From a virus (taxonomy: Duplodnaviria > Caudoviricetes): a stretch of DNA of 27,660 bases. Below, one piece after another: positions 8,145-18,475 of the stretch (position 1 is its first letter; every line of letters starts with the position of its first letter). The position numbers and the translations under genes were made by a program. The notes under the pieces were generated by a model, which was not told the DNA's origin, ran no database searches, and worked only from the letters and a program-made list of their open reading frames with translations. The stretch lies in IMG/VR virus record IMGVR_UViG_3300048606_000147, positions 1 through 27,660 of that record. One strand, 5' to 3'.

Positions 8145-11100
8145 TTGCCTAAAATCATCATCGACGTCGGGACGGGTCAGAACGCAGAGCAGATCCTCGC
8201 TGCGCTGAAAGCCCAACTGGGCAACGTTGCCGACTCAGTCTCGCTCGTCAGCGAGAACACGAAGCGACTCGAGAAGGAGCAGCGGCGGGCCGAGTATGCC
8301 TTCCGGTCCACCGCTGCCTCGCTCGACCCGGCGATTGCGAAGTCGCAGCAATACGCCACGGCCCAGGGCACCCTCGGGGAGGCGCTGAAGCGGAACCTCA
8401 TCTCCCAGGAAGAGCACGATCGGCTGCTCGCCGCCGCGAAGGATCGCTACGACGAGACCTCGAGCTCGCTGGCTCAATTCGCCGACCGCTACAACGCCAC
8501 CGCCGCCTCCCTGGATCCGGCAATCGCGAAGACCCAGGAGTACACCCGCACCCAGGAGACCCTCGCCGAGGCGCTGCGCCGCGGCCTGATCACCCAGGAA
8601 GAGCACGATCGCCTGCTGGGGCTGGCAAAGGAGAAGCACGACGAGGCCGGCGTCGCCGTGGAGGGCCTGCTCAGCAAGTACATTTCCGGCGCTACCGTCG
8701 TCGCCGCCTTCACCCTCGCGCTCTCTGCGAGCCTGGCGGTGCTGGAAGAGGTCAAGGAACTCGTCCAGGGCTCGGTCGAGCAGGCCGCCGAGGCCGAGCG
8801 CGTAGGTGCCCAACTCGAGGCTCGCATCGTTTCGACCGGCGGCGCCGCACAGCTCACCGGCATCCAAATCGGCGAGATGGCGAACGAGCTCCAGAACGCC
8901 TCGAAATTCGACGACGAGTCGCTGCTTCGGGCGGCCAACAGCCTCCTCAGCTTCACGAGCATCTCCGGCGACACCTTCGAGCGGACGCTGGGCCTCGTCT
9001 CCGATATGTCGACCGCGCTCGGCACCGACCTGGTGACCAACGCCAAGCTCGTCGGCAGGGCGCTCGAGGATCCCGTGAAGGGGATGCAGGCCCTCGGCCG
9101 CGCGGGCGTTGTCTTCTCCGAGTCCGAGAAGGAGGTCATCAAGACTCTGGTCGAAACGGGTCACCACCTTGAAGCGCAGGATCGGATCCTCGACGCGCTG
9201 GCAACTCGGTACGGCGGGGCGGGAGCGGCCGACGTCGCGACCTTCGGAGGCTCTCTCGATCGAGTCAACAACCTCTGGGGCAACTTCCTGGAGACGGTCG
9301 GCGAGGGCGTGCTGCCGATCCTCTCCACCTTCCTGACCCAGGTCGGGAACATCATCATCGGAAACCAGGAGCTCGCGGAGACCCTGGGCGTGCTGGTCAC
9401 CCAGGGCGGGCGTGTCGCGGCCGTCTTCGTCTCCGCCGGCGCGGACGGGGCTCGAGCTTTCCTCGAAATGGCGTCCACGATCATGGGCGCTCTCGCCTCG
9501 ATCGCCGAGGCCGCCTCGGGCGCGGCCGACGCGATGGGCATGGACGGCCTGGCCGATGGCCTGCGCGAGGCCGCCGATGGCCAGCGCCAGAACGCCGAGA
9601 TCGCGGGCGCGCTCGCCAAGGCCGCTGGGCAGGTGTCGGATGCCGCCTTCCTCGCCGCAGTTTCCCTGGAAAAAGAGGGCGATGCCGCCCTGACCGGCTC
9701 GAAGCACGCGAAGACGCACGCCGCCAACGACGAGGAGGCTGCCAAGGCGGCCGCGAAATTCGCGAAGGAGCTCCGGGGCCTGCTCGATGATCTCGACCCG
9801 ATCGGCAAGGCCGAGCGCGAGGCCGCCGAAGGGATCGCCATTCTCAACAAGGCCCTGGCCGAGGGGATGGACGTCAAGGACTACCAGGCGGCCGTCGCCC
9901 AGCTGACTCAGAAGCTGAACGACGCCCGCGCCGCGGCGATCGGGCTCGATGACGCGGTCAAGTTCGAGACGCTCTACATGGATCGCTGGGCGGACTTCGG
10001 TGGCAGCCTGGTGGGCCCGCAGAAACCGGTCGAGATCCCGGCCACGCTCGTGATCGAGGGCGGATCGACGCAGTTCGATCGCGATAGCCAGGAGGCGGCC
10101 GACCACTTCTCCGAGAACATGGAGGCTGGGCTCGTCTCCGCCAGCGAGACCTTCTTTGCGGAGGTCATGCAGGGCGGCGACGACGCCTGGAAGCATCTCG
10201 GCGAGAACCTGACCCAGGTTCTGCTGCAGTCGGTCGCGGAGTGGCTCACCGAGCAGCTCGCCGCGATCGCCACGGCTGCGCTCGCCTCGAAAGCGATCAA
10301 GGGTGGCAGCGGGGGCACCGGCGGCGTCGACGCGGGCAGCCTCGCGGGCGCCGGCCAGGCCGCGGGCATGTCCTATTCGTCGATGGGCATCATCGCGATC
10401 TTCGCTGCGGCCTACATGTACGCCGACAGCAAGATGAAAAAGGACGCGGCCCAGCGCTACGGGTTCGGCACGACGCTCGCCATGGATCCGTATGGCCGCG
10501 TCGGCGTGACCGAGGGCGCGTCGGATGCCTCGAAGGCCATCTCCGAGTCGATGCGCATGCTGGTTTCGGCGTTCGAGGAATCGACCGGTCACTTCATCGA
10601 GTCGCTGCAGGGCATCACCATCATGGTGCGCAACGACGGCAAGCGCTTCGAGGTGATGATCAACGGCGAGCTCTTCAAGGGCGCCTTCCACACCATGGGC
10701 GAGGCGATCGTCGCCGGCTTCCAGGAGGCGATGCGGGACACCGACCTCTCCGCCCTCGACCCGGCGATCAAGGACCTGATCACCGACATGGCGTCGCATT
10801 TCACCGATCCGGCAGCGTTTATGGATGCGGTCAACCTCATCCAGGACCTGTCCGACCTCGGCTCCGGTTTGACCGAGGCCGACCGCGCGATCACCGTCCT
10901 GCTCCCCAACTTCGAAAACCTCGAGGCGCACCTCGAATCGATCGGCATCACCGTAGCCAACGCGACCCGCCTGGCCGGTAATGCCCTGGTCGAAGGTCTG
11001 AACAACGAGCGGGACTCGATCACCGGTCGTCAGCGGACGTTCGCGGAGGAAATGGAAATTCAGCAGCAGCGGGCCCTCCTCTTCAACGCCAACGTCGAAC

Positions 11101-12923
11101 TTGTCCGGGCGGAGATGGAGCTGCGCAAGTCCGAGCTCGAGCAGCGCCTCGCGCTTCTCCGGGGCCTCGGCGGTCCGCACGGCCCGGGCGGCGGTGGCGG
11201 CGGCGACAACGAGAACAACCAGGAGGGACCGTCTGGCGGTCCGAACGCCCAGCACCCCATCGGTGGCGACGACTACGAGAACACCATCCAGAACACGATG
11301 GCCTCGACCGGCTCAATCGTCATGGATGCGCTGGTTGCCCAGATGAAGATGTACGGCGTCTGGGCGCAGTCGACGACGGAGATGACGGCGGCGACGCTGA
11401 ACGCCCAGGTGTCGATGACCTACGCCGCTGGGCTGGCGGTCACCGCCGAAATGCAGGCTCTCCTCGACAGCATCGCGGCGATCGAAGCCGTCCTGGCGAA
11501 TCTCCCGAAGCCGATCATGCCCGGAGAGGTTCACGTCGGCGGCCGCGGGCGACACGGCGGCGGGAACGTCGGGAACATCGACATCGACACCGGACCGACC
11601 CCGGCCGAGCAGCGCGCCCTCGACTTCGACGAGTTCCTGCGCAACGAGGCGCTCGCGGGCCTTTCGGATGTCAAGCGCCAGATCGAGGACCTGAACGCCG
11701 CCTATGCCGCCCAGGCGGAGGCCGCGGGAGAAGTAGAGGGCGGTGAGGCGCGGCTCGCTGCGTCGCGGCTCGCCGCGCTGGCGCGCCTGCGCGAGGGGCA
11801 GATCGACGGGCTCGGCCTACCGATGGAGTCCGTGCGCGATCGCATGGCGGGGCTCGCCGAAACGCTCACCTTCCTCCGCGACTCCGCGGCCGAGTCTGCG
11901 GAGAACGCCGATGACCTGGTGACCGGCATTCGAGCGCTGACCGACGAGCAGGTGCGCTACCAGCAAGTGCTCTCCGAGCTCGCCGGGCAGGCAGAGGGTG
12001 AACTGCTGGGCATCGCGGCCGATCTCGCAGACACACTGGGAATGGACTCGGAAGCCGCCGAGCTGCGTCGCCTGATGGCCGAAGCGGAGTGGGACTTCAA
12101 GGTCGCGGAATTCCGGTTCCTCTACGCGCAGTACTCGGCGCTCGGCCTGATCTCCGACGAGGTCGCGGTTCGCCTGAAGGTGATCCTCGGGATGCTGAAC
12201 GACCCGGCGAATCGTCCCGACTTCGGCCCGCCCCCTCCTACTCCCAACGACGGGCACGGCGGTCAGGACGATGCGCTCGACGCGATGGCGGCGCTGACCG
12301 ATGCGCTCGAGGATCTCGCCGACCTCCAGCGAGAGTTCTGGGCGTCCGACCTGTCGCCGCTCAACGCCGAGCAGCAGGCCGCCTTCCTCCGCGATCAGCT
12401 GCAGGGCGCGTATGCCCAGGCGCAGGCCTCGCACGACCCGGCCGACATTCGGGCCTTCAGGGACCTTGTGCGCGACTACCTCTCCTCGTACCAGGACGCC
12501 TACGGCTCGACGGGCGGCTACACCGCCGAGTTCCTGCGGATCAACGAGCTGATCAATAACCTGCTCGCGATCGGCGGGATCGGTGGCGTCGTGCCGGGCC
12601 CGGGCTGGCCGGGCGGGACGGCGGGCACCGGCCAGGGCGGCTGGCGGCCGACGCCGGGCGGGCAGGGCGCCGTGCTGCCGTTCGAGCGCTCGGGCGGGCC
12701 GGCCTCACCGTTCGTCGTCGAGTCGCCGGCGCTCAGTGCACTCGCGGACCTCACTCGCGGCACGAACGCGCGCCTGGATCGCCTCGAGAGTCACTTCCTG
12801 GCTCTCGGCGGCGAGCTCCGGACGATGAACCGGCAGAACGGCACGCTGGGCTTCCTGGGCCGCCGGAACTCCAGCCCGACCGGGCTCGAGGGTCCGGCTC
12901 GCCGGCAGAGACGGGGCGCCTGA
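8145..12923 (+). CDS. Tape measure protein
   Basis: 1592 aa, Ala-rich helical; 'GRALEDPVKGMQALGRAGVVFS'; TTG start after GAGGA; synteny. Confidence 0.93.
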   Translation: MPKIIIDVGTGQNAEQILAALKAQLGNVADSVSLVSENTKRLEKEQRRAEYAFRSTAASLDPAIAKSQQYATAQGTLGEALKRNLISQEEHDRLLAAAKDRYDETSSSLAQFADRYNATAASLDPAIAKTQEYTRTQETLAEALRRGLITQEEHDRLLGLAKEKHDEAGVAVEGLLSKYISGATVVAAFTLALSASLAVLEEVKELVQGSVEQAAEAERVGAQLEARIVSTGGAAQLTGIQIGEMANELQNASKFDDESLLRAANSLLSFTSISGDTFERTLGLVSDMSTALGTDLVTNAKLVGRALEDPVKGMQALGRAGVVFSESEKEVIKTLVETGHHLEAQDRILDALATRYGGAGAADVATFGGSLDRVNNLWGNFLETVGEGVLPILSTFLTQVGNIIIGNQELAETLGVLVTQGGRVAAVFVSAGADGARAFLEMASTIMGALASIAEAASGAADAMGMDGLADGLREAADGQRQNAEIAGALAKAAGQVSDAAFLAAVSLEKEGDAALTGSKHAKTHAANDEEAAKAAAKFAKELRGLLDDLDPIGKAEREAAEGIAILNKALAEGMDVKDYQAAVAQLTQKLNDARAAAIGLDDAVKFETLYMDRWADFGGSLVGPQKPVEIPATLVIEGGSTQFDRDSQEAADHFSENMEAGLVSASETFFAEVMQGGDDAWKHLGENLTQVLLQSVAEWLTEQLAAIATAALASKAIKGGSGGTGGVDAGSLAGAGQAAGMSYSSMGIIAIFAAAYMYADSKMKKDAAQRYGFGTTLAMDPYGRVGVTEGASDASKAISESMRMLVSAFEESTGHFIESLQGITIMVRNDGKRFEVMINGELFKGAFHTMGEAIVAGFQEAMRDTDLSALDPAIKDLITDMASHFTDPAAFMDAVNLIQDLSDLGSGLTEADRAITVLLPNFENLEAHLESIGITVANATRLAGNALVEGLNNERDSITGRQRTFAEEMEIQQQRALLFNANVELVRAEMELRKSELEQRLALLRGLGGPHGPGGGGGGDNENNQEGPSGGPNAQHPIGGDDYENTIQNTMASTGSIVMDALVAQMKMYGVWAQSTTEMTAATLNAQVSMTYAAGLAVTAEMQALLDSIAAIEAVLANLPKPIMPGEVHVGGRGRHGGGNVGNIDIDTGPTPAEQRALDFDEFLRNEALAGLSDVKRQIEDLNAAYAAQAEAAGEVEGGEARLAASRLAALARLREGQIDGLGLPMESVRDRMAGLAETLTFLRDSAAESAENADDLVTGIRALTDEQVRYQQVLSELAGQAEGELLGIAADLADTLGMDSEAAELRRLMAEAEWDFKVAEFRFLYAQYSALGLISDEVAVRLKVILGMLNDPANRPDFGPPPPTPNDGHGGQDDALDAMAALTDALEDLADLQREFWASDLSPLNAEQQAAFLRDQLQGAYAQAQASHDPADIRAFRDLVRDYLSSYQDAYGSTGGYTAEFLRINELINNLLAIGGIGGVVPGPGWPGGTAGTGQGGWRPTPGGQGAVLPFERSGGPASPFVVESPALSALADLTRGTNARLDRLESHFLALGGELRTMNRQNGTLGFLGRRNSSPTGLEGPARRQRRGA
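8308..8645 (+). repeat. In-frame internal duplication in tape measure gene (two ~149-nt copies, 189-nt period)
   Basis: TAASLDPAIAK...QEEHDRLL..AK...DE at 8308-8456 and 8497-8645. Confidence 0.85.
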
Positions 12924-15217
12924 TGGCCTTCTCCGCCCGCTACATGGCGTTCCTGCAGCGAGAGGGCCGCGAGGACCGCTTCCTGGCGATTCTGCAGCCG
13001 ATGGATGCCGTTTCCCTGGCCGTCGCCTCGCTCTACCAAGGGACCGACTCCTACGGCACGAAGGCAGCCGACTCCCTTCCCTCCCAGCGCTTCGAGGCGC
13101 AGCTCCAGCGCGGCTTTCAGTTCGCCGCCAGCGTCGACATCGCGAACCTCGCCGGCATCGTACCGGGCGCGCCGGGTGGGACGATCCGGATCCAGCAGCG
13201 GTTCGGCAACCTCGACCACTGGCGGACCGGCTACTACTTCGACGGCCGGCCGATCACCCTCCTGCACGGCGGGTTTAGCGAGGCGACGGGCGAGCTCGAC
13301 TACGCCGACTACGGCGAGGTCTTCAACGGCCAGATCGACGGCCAGCCCATGGTCGGTCTCGACTTCGTCGACCTCGACCTCAAGGACTCGCTCTCGTCGC
13401 TCGACTTCCCGATCTGCGATCGCCTCCACCGAGGCATCCCGTGGATGCTCTACGGGGACGGGGTGAACGACTTCGTCGACGTCGGCGCCATCAGCGCGCA
13501 CAACCTCACGACGCTCGGCTTCACGATCGAGATCGTGCTCAACCTCGAGGCGGCGCCCGCTTCCGCGACTCCGGCTCTCTCGAGGACCTCGGGCACGGCC
13601 GACGGCTACCGGCTGCAGGTGAACACGGACCGGACGGTGTCGCTCCTCACCTGCCAGGCCGGGCCGACGGTCCAGTCCTGCACGACGACCACGGCTCTCT
13701 CGATCGGCCGCTCCGTCATGGTGAGCTTTCAAGTGCTCGCCATCGGGCACACTCACGTCTACCTGGACGGCAAGTGGGACGGGCACTCCACGGGCCACAT
13801 CGCGCCGGCGAGCTCGGCCGCGCATCTCTTCTTCCTGAAAAGTAACGCCGGTGGCGTTTTCCTCAACGCCTTCATCGCCGAGGTCCGGATCTGGAACGTG
13901 TCGCGGACCGAGGACGAGATCGCGGACTGCGCTCAGCGCCCGCTCACCGCGGCGGAGATGCTGCTGCCGGAGCTGGTCGGGTACTGGAAGTGCGCGGACG
14001 GCTCGGGCGCGACGCTCGCGGACTCGAGCGGCGGGGGGAACGCCGGATCGATCAGCGGCGCCATCTTCCGGCGGGCGCTCGAGGGCGACAGCTCCCTCGA
14101 GGGCGAGCGCGTGCTCGAGCTCTGGGGCCCGCACGAGAACGTCACCGGTCACCTGGTCGAGGCGAATCCTCCGGTCTGGCAGCTCCACTCGGACAAGATC
14201 AACGCGCTCCTGTTCGGCCGGGAGGGCGGGGCGCCGCGCCCCGTGAACACGCCCTTCACCTCACGGGCGCTCTTCCTCGCCGCCACTACCCCGCCGAACT
14301 CGGTCGACGTCCTGATCAGCGCGGGCGGGACCTTCGCCCGGGCGCTCGTGCCTCCGAGGATGAAGATGACCTTCGACCTCGAGGGCGATGCCTCGGACGG
14401 GACCTATCGAACCTGCGGGCCGGATCTGGTGCGCTACTGGATCACGACTCGGGGGCCCTACCCTTTCAACGACGCGACCGAGCTCGCCGACGCAGCCTGG
14501 CTCGCCGCGGCCGCGGCGGACACGGCGCCGCACCGGGTGATCTACGACGGCGAGACGACGCTTCGAGAGATCTGCGACCCGGTCCTGCGCTCGGGCGGCT
14601 GGTCGGTCTGGAAGAAGCGGGAGACCGCGCTGATCCACATCCACCGCTTCGCCGGCGTCGCCGCGGAGATCGCGGCCGCCGTCAACCCGCCGACCCTGAG
14701 CCGGGTCCACGTCGTCAGGGGCACGCTCGCGGCCGCGAAGGTCCGCGCGCCTGCTTTCCGGGTGAGCGTCTACTGCCGCAAGAACCCGACGCTCTTCGAC
14801 AGTCCGGACCTGAACGCGAGCATCCTGCCGGCCGCCTTCGACGCCCTGCGGATGTTCCTCCTGCAGGAGTGGAGCACGGTCAAGGCGCACAACTCGATGC
14901 GCCGCCAGCGCCGGCAAGCCCGGGAGATCGTCATCGACTCGACGCTCGCCACCGTGAACGACGGGCGCGCCGCGGCGCAGCGCGAGCTCGCGCTCTGGCA
15001 GGGCAACGAGCAGGGGATCTCGTTCCTCTCGACCGCGGCGAACCTGAATCTCGACGTCATGGACGCCGTCTACTTCTACTACGAGGACGAGGACGAGGAT
15101 GGCGCGCTGCAGTACCGCCTCGGCACCTCCCCCACCGCGGCCTTCATCGTCGCGGCGACCGGCGTCGACCTCGCGGCGGGCGGGATTCGAACGACGCTCT
15201 TCCGGGAGGACAGCTGA
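12923..15217 (+). CDS. Tail tip/hub protein with internal LamG (ConA-like) domain
   Basis: 764 aa, TGATG coupling; 'DGVNDFVDVG', 'IAEVRIWNVSRTEDEI', 'LVGYWKCADGSGATLADSSG'. Confidence 0.75.
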   Translation: MAFSARYMAFLQREGREDRFLAILQPMDAVSLAVASLYQGTDSYGTKAADSLPSQRFEAQLQRGFQFAASVDIANLAGIVPGAPGGTIRIQQRFGNLDHWRTGYYFDGRPITLLHGGFSEATGELDYADYGEVFNGQIDGQPMVGLDFVDLDLKDSLSSLDFPICDRLHRGIPWMLYGDGVNDFVDVGAISAHNLTTLGFTIEIVLNLEAAPASATPALSRTSGTADGYRLQVNTDRTVSLLTCQAGPTVQSCTTTTALSIGRSVMVSFQVLAIGHTHVYLDGKWDGHSTGHIAPASSAAHLFFLKSNAGGVFLNAFIAEVRIWNVSRTEDEIADCAQRPLTAAEMLLPELVGYWKCADGSGATLADSSGGGNAGSISGAIFRRALEGDSSLEGERVLELWGPHENVTGHLVEANPPVWQLHSDKINALLFGREGGAPRPVNTPFTSRALFLAATTPPNSVDVLISAGGTFARALVPPRMKMTFDLEGDASDGTYRTCGPDLVRYWITTRGPYPFNDATELADAAWLAAAAADTAPHRVIYDGETTLREICDPVLRSGGWSVWKKRETALIHIHRFAGVAAEIAAAVNPPTLSRVHVVRGTLAAAKVRAPAFRVSVYCRKNPTLFDSPDLNASILPAAFDALRMFLLQEWSTVKAHNSMRRQRRQAREIVIDSTLATVNDGRAAAQRELALWQGNEQGISFLSTAANLNLDVMDAVYFYYEDEDEDGALQYRLGTSPTAAFIVAATGVDLAAGGIRTTLFREDS

Positions 15218-15219
15218 CC

Positions 15220-16683
15220 ATGGGCAAGGGCTTCATCCTCGCCGCGCCGAACCACCTGGGCACCCGCTTCTCGACCTGGGTGGCCACGTCGGAGGCCAGC
15301 GCCTCGATGGCGGCGGCGAACCTGGGCACCTCGGATCCGTCGCAGTTCTGGCGCTCGAGCTCGCATAACCCCTGGCTGACGGCGGCCTACGGCTACAACC
15401 TGCTTTCGAACTTCTTTCAGGGCTCGAACCTCGACGCCTTCGCGATCTGCGCGCACAACCTGCGGTCGACGACGGGCCGCTGGCGCGTGCGGGTCTTCGA
15501 CGGCGGCACCGCAGGGAGCCTGCCGAACTGGATCAAGCCGAACTCGCACATCGGCTCCTGGGGGAACGTCGACGGCGAATACGACAACGTCGACGAGAGC
15601 CCACTCGGACCGCTCGACGCCGACAAGCTGACGCCGACGCTCCCGGCGCTCGCGATGACGGGCATCCACATGGGCTTCCAGACTCCGGGGACGGCCTGTG
15701 CGATCGGGTCGATCGACAACCCGCTGCAGGCCTTCGTCCTCGACGTGAACCTGATCACGAACGGCGGGCCCGATGTCGACATCGATGCTGCGGATCCGGA
15801 GGCCCCCTACGTTTCGGTGAGCCTCTATGAGAGTGGCGTGCTGGTCCGGCAGATCAGCAAGAAGGCCGTCCACTCCGCCAGCTGGCAGGCGCTCATCTTC
15901 CCCTGGGACGCCTCCGAGATCTCGGCTGCCTCGGGTGCGAATGTCGAGATCTTCATCGACACCTTCTTCAACGGCCCGCACCGGGTCGAGGTTCAGCGCG
16001 TCTCCTGGTATCAGGAGGACGTCGACTTCCAGACCGCCGGCGGCACGGAGCCGAACCTGCTCCTCGACTCGGGCTGGCTCACCGCGGTCGACGACCCGCA
16101 GGCGGGCACCGCCTTCGCCGCCTTCCGGCCAACCCGCCGGGCGATTCCCGAGACCACCCTCCACCGCTTCGAGGAGCTGACGAACAACCCGGTCGGGATC
16201 GTGTCCGTCCAGTTCATGCTGATGGACGACCACGCCCAGCCGTTCCCGGTGGGCGGCTTCGAAGGCTGGATCCCGATCACGCCCGACGGCTACCTGCAGG
16301 TGGGCGTGGGCTTCGCCGGGCGGGCCTTCATCGCCCAGGTGGAGCGCGAGCTCGGGCCGCTCGTCGGCATTCGCGACTTCTCGACGAAGAACTTCACCGA
16401 CGGCGGCGGGGTGGGCGGCAGCCAGCTTCCGCGCCTGCGCAAGGCCTACATGCCCTGGGAGTGGCTGACCACTCCGGAGGGGATGGCGGTCTATGACCGG
16501 ATCTTCTTCGAGAGCTCGATCCTGAGCTCGCACGTGGTCTCGATCTGCCCGGACAGCGACACGGAGCGCCGGCACTCCACGATCTATTGCACGCGCGAGG
16601 AGCCCGAGATCGACCTCCGCGCGGTCAACAACAGCGTGACCTGGAACCGCGGGGCCGGGCTCGTGTTCATCGAGAGGAGATGA
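15220..16683 (+). CDS. Tail tip (distal tail-like) protein
   Basis: 487 aa from ATG 15220; 'AANLGTSDPSQFWRS' N-terminus and 'YLQVGVGFAGRAF...DFSTKNFTDGG' C-terminal half. Confidence 0.65.
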   Translation: MGKGFILAAPNHLGTRFSTWVATSEASASMAAANLGTSDPSQFWRSSSHNPWLTAAYGYNLLSNFFQGSNLDAFAICAHNLRSTTGRWRVRVFDGGTAGSLPNWIKPNSHIGSWGNVDGEYDNVDESPLGPLDADKLTPTLPALAMTGIHMGFQTPGTACAIGSIDNPLQAFVLDVNLITNGGPDVDIDAADPEAPYVSVSLYESGVLVRQISKKAVHSASWQALIFPWDASEISAASGANVEIFIDTFFNGPHRVEVQRVSWYQEDVDFQTAGGTEPNLLLDSGWLTAVDDPQAGTAFAAFRPTRRAIPETTLHRFEELTNNPVGIVSVQFMLMDDHAQPFPVGGFEGWIPITPDGYLQVGVGFAGRAFIAQVERELGPLVGIRDFSTKNFTDGGGVGGSQLPRLRKAYMPWEWLTTPEGMAVYDRIFFESSILSSHVVSICPDSDTERRHSTIYCTREEPEIDLRAVNNSVTWNRGAGLVFIERR

Positions 16684-16685
16684 GG

Positions 16686-18032
16686 ATGCGCCTTCGAACC
16701 GCGGCCCTGCTCGCGCTGCTCGCCGCGCCGGCGATCGCGCAGGACCGGATGCCCGCTGCCGATCGCCCGGATCCGGCCTTCTGCCCACCAGGTGGGCCGC
16801 TTCAGGTTTGGCTCCTGGGCGAGACGACCGCGAGCGACTGCGACGCGACCGGCGGCGGAACAATCGACGCCCTCTGCTGCTGCGTGAACAACGCCTGGGC
16901 CGCCTGCGCGGCGGGCGGCAGCTCGGGCAACAGCTTCGAGACGATCGACCTTCCGGCCGGCACCGACCCGGTCGCGGAAAGCTCGGCCGACACACTCACC
17001 GTCACCTGCCCGGTCCCCATGATCTGCACCGGCACCTCGGCGCCGGACGCCTGGGCGATCACCTGGTCGGGCGTCATGCCGGACAGCCAGATCGCCGGCT
17101 CGGCCGAAGCGGACGAGGTCAACCCGACGCTGGGCGGACAGACCCAGGGCAACTACGTCGAGACCGTGGCGACGACGGCACCGCTCTCTGGTGGCGCGGG
17201 AGGGTCCGAGGGCGCGGCGCTCACGCTCACCACGTCGATGGCGACCGGCCGGCTCATCGGCCGCACCACCGGTGGTGCGGGCGTCATGGAGGAGATCACG
17301 CCAAGTGCCGCCGATTTCACTCTGTCGAGCGGAGCGCTGAGCATCAAGACCAACTACGGCCAGTACGACCCGGACAGACCGCCGACGACCGTCGGCACGG
17401 GCGGCTGGTCGGAAGACTGGACGGGCAACGCCGCCTCGCAGACGTGGGCCTGGTTCAATCCGGACGCCGCCACCCACACGATCAAGTATTCGTCCGACGA
17501 GATCGACGGGGAGGTTACGGGCGACGAGTTCCGTGGGCTGGGCGCGGCAGCGGCGACGAACCTTGACCAAACGTTCAGCGCCAAGGTGTGGGCCGAGGAC
17601 ATCGACTCGGGCGCCCCGGCGGCGGGCTGCTACATCGGAGTCATCTGCGGCGGCACCCTCGCCGCACCGACGCGCGTTTTTTGGGACGGCTATGTTGACG
17701 CCGCGACCGACCTCATTCAGTACTTCTGGGACACCGACTACGACATCTCGGCCGGAACGACGAGCGTGGATTCCATCTCGACCTACACGTTCCCCGGCTT
17801 CATGGGAACGCAAGCGGTCTACCTTCAGTTCCGCTACACCGATTCGAGCCGAAAGGTAGAGGCGCTCTACTCCGCAGACGGCGTCTACTTCTGGCCGTTC
17901 TTCACCACGACCACCGGCGTCTGCACCGCTGACCCGACGTTCTGGCTCATCTCGGCGCGCGACCACTACGGCTGCCGCTTCGAGTGGGCGCGCCTCCGCA
18001 CCGACGCCAACCGCAACGACTCATCGGAGTGA
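16686..18032 (+). CDS. Tail fibre/receptor-binding-like protein with N-terminal signal peptide
   Basis: 448 aa (alternative ATG 16680); MRLRTAALLALLAAPAIA|QD; 12 Cys; fibre-like 'GRLIGRTTGGAGVMEEIT'; C-terminal lectin-like 'VYLQFRY...ALYSADG'. Confidence 0.7.
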   Translation: MRLRTAALLALLAAPAIAQDRMPAADRPDPAFCPPGGPLQVWLLGETTASDCDATGGGTIDALCCCVNNAWAACAAGGSSGNSFETIDLPAGTDPVAESSADTLTVTCPVPMICTGTSAPDAWAITWSGVMPDSQIAGSAEADEVNPTLGGQTQGNYVETVATTAPLSGGAGGSEGAALTLTTSMATGRLIGRTTGGAGVMEEITPSAADFTLSSGALSIKTNYGQYDPDRPPTTVGTGGWSEDWTGNAASQTWAWFNPDAATHTIKYSSDEIDGEVTGDEFRGLGAAAATNLDQTFSAKVWAEDIDSGAPAAGCYIGVICGGTLAAPTRVFWDGYVDAATDLIQYFWDTDYDISAGTTSVDSISTYTFPGFMGTQAVYLQFRYTDSSRKVEALYSADGVYFWPFFTTTTGVCTADPTFWLISARDHYGCRFEWARLRTDANRNDSSE

Positions 18033-18034
18033 CC

Positions 18035-18475
18035 ATGAACGCGATCACTGGAACGAATCGGCTGCTCATCCTGCGCATGGATCCGGCGCAGTCGCTCGAG
18101 CTCTTCAAAGTCGGGGGCTCGATCCTCGCCGGCGGGCTCGGGCTGAAGCTCTGGGACTCGATCACCTCTCGCTGGAGGAAGAAGCGCCTGGAGCCGGTCG
18201 AGCTCACCGCAAAGATCATCGACGACGGCGATCGCTTCCGGGAGATGTTGCTCGAGGAGGTGAAGTCCCTCCGTGCCGAGAAGGACGCCGCGATCGAGAA
18301 GTGCCACAAGGCGGAGCTCGGCTGCGCGCAGACAGCGTACGAGAACACCACCCTGCGCAGCCGGCTCACCCGGAAGGACGAGCAGTGCAAGGCCCTGCAG
18401 TCGCAGCTCATCAGCCTGCACGTGGTGCCGGTGATCCTGACCGGCGTCGACGGGCGCGGAGAAGGGAGCGTCTGA
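18035..18475 (+). CDS. Single-TM + coiled-coil protein (holin/antiholin-like)
   Basis: 146 aa; hydrophobic 'VGGSILAGGLGLKLW', basic patch RWRKKR, long coiled coil; first gene of lysis region. Confidence 0.55.
   Translation: MNAITGTNRLLILRMDPAQSLELFKVGGSILAGGLGLKLWDSITSRWRKKRLEPVELTAKIIDDGDRFREMLLEEVKSLRAEKDAAIEKCHKAELGCAQTAYENTTLRSRLTRKDEQCKALQSQLISLHVVPVILTGVDGRGEGSV

Noticed and set aside
8235-11255. 1006-aa minus-strand ORF and similar long antisense ORFs (219-1454, 5808-7082, 15079-16995, 17947-19578)
   Set aside because: Shadows of GC3-biased + strand genes; Arg/Gly-rich with no motifs.
13990-15219. Upstream extensions in track ORFs (13990, 3740, 4321, 4833, 18301, 19106, 20535)
   Set aside because: They overlap genuine upstream genes out of frame; coupled starts give coherent proteins.
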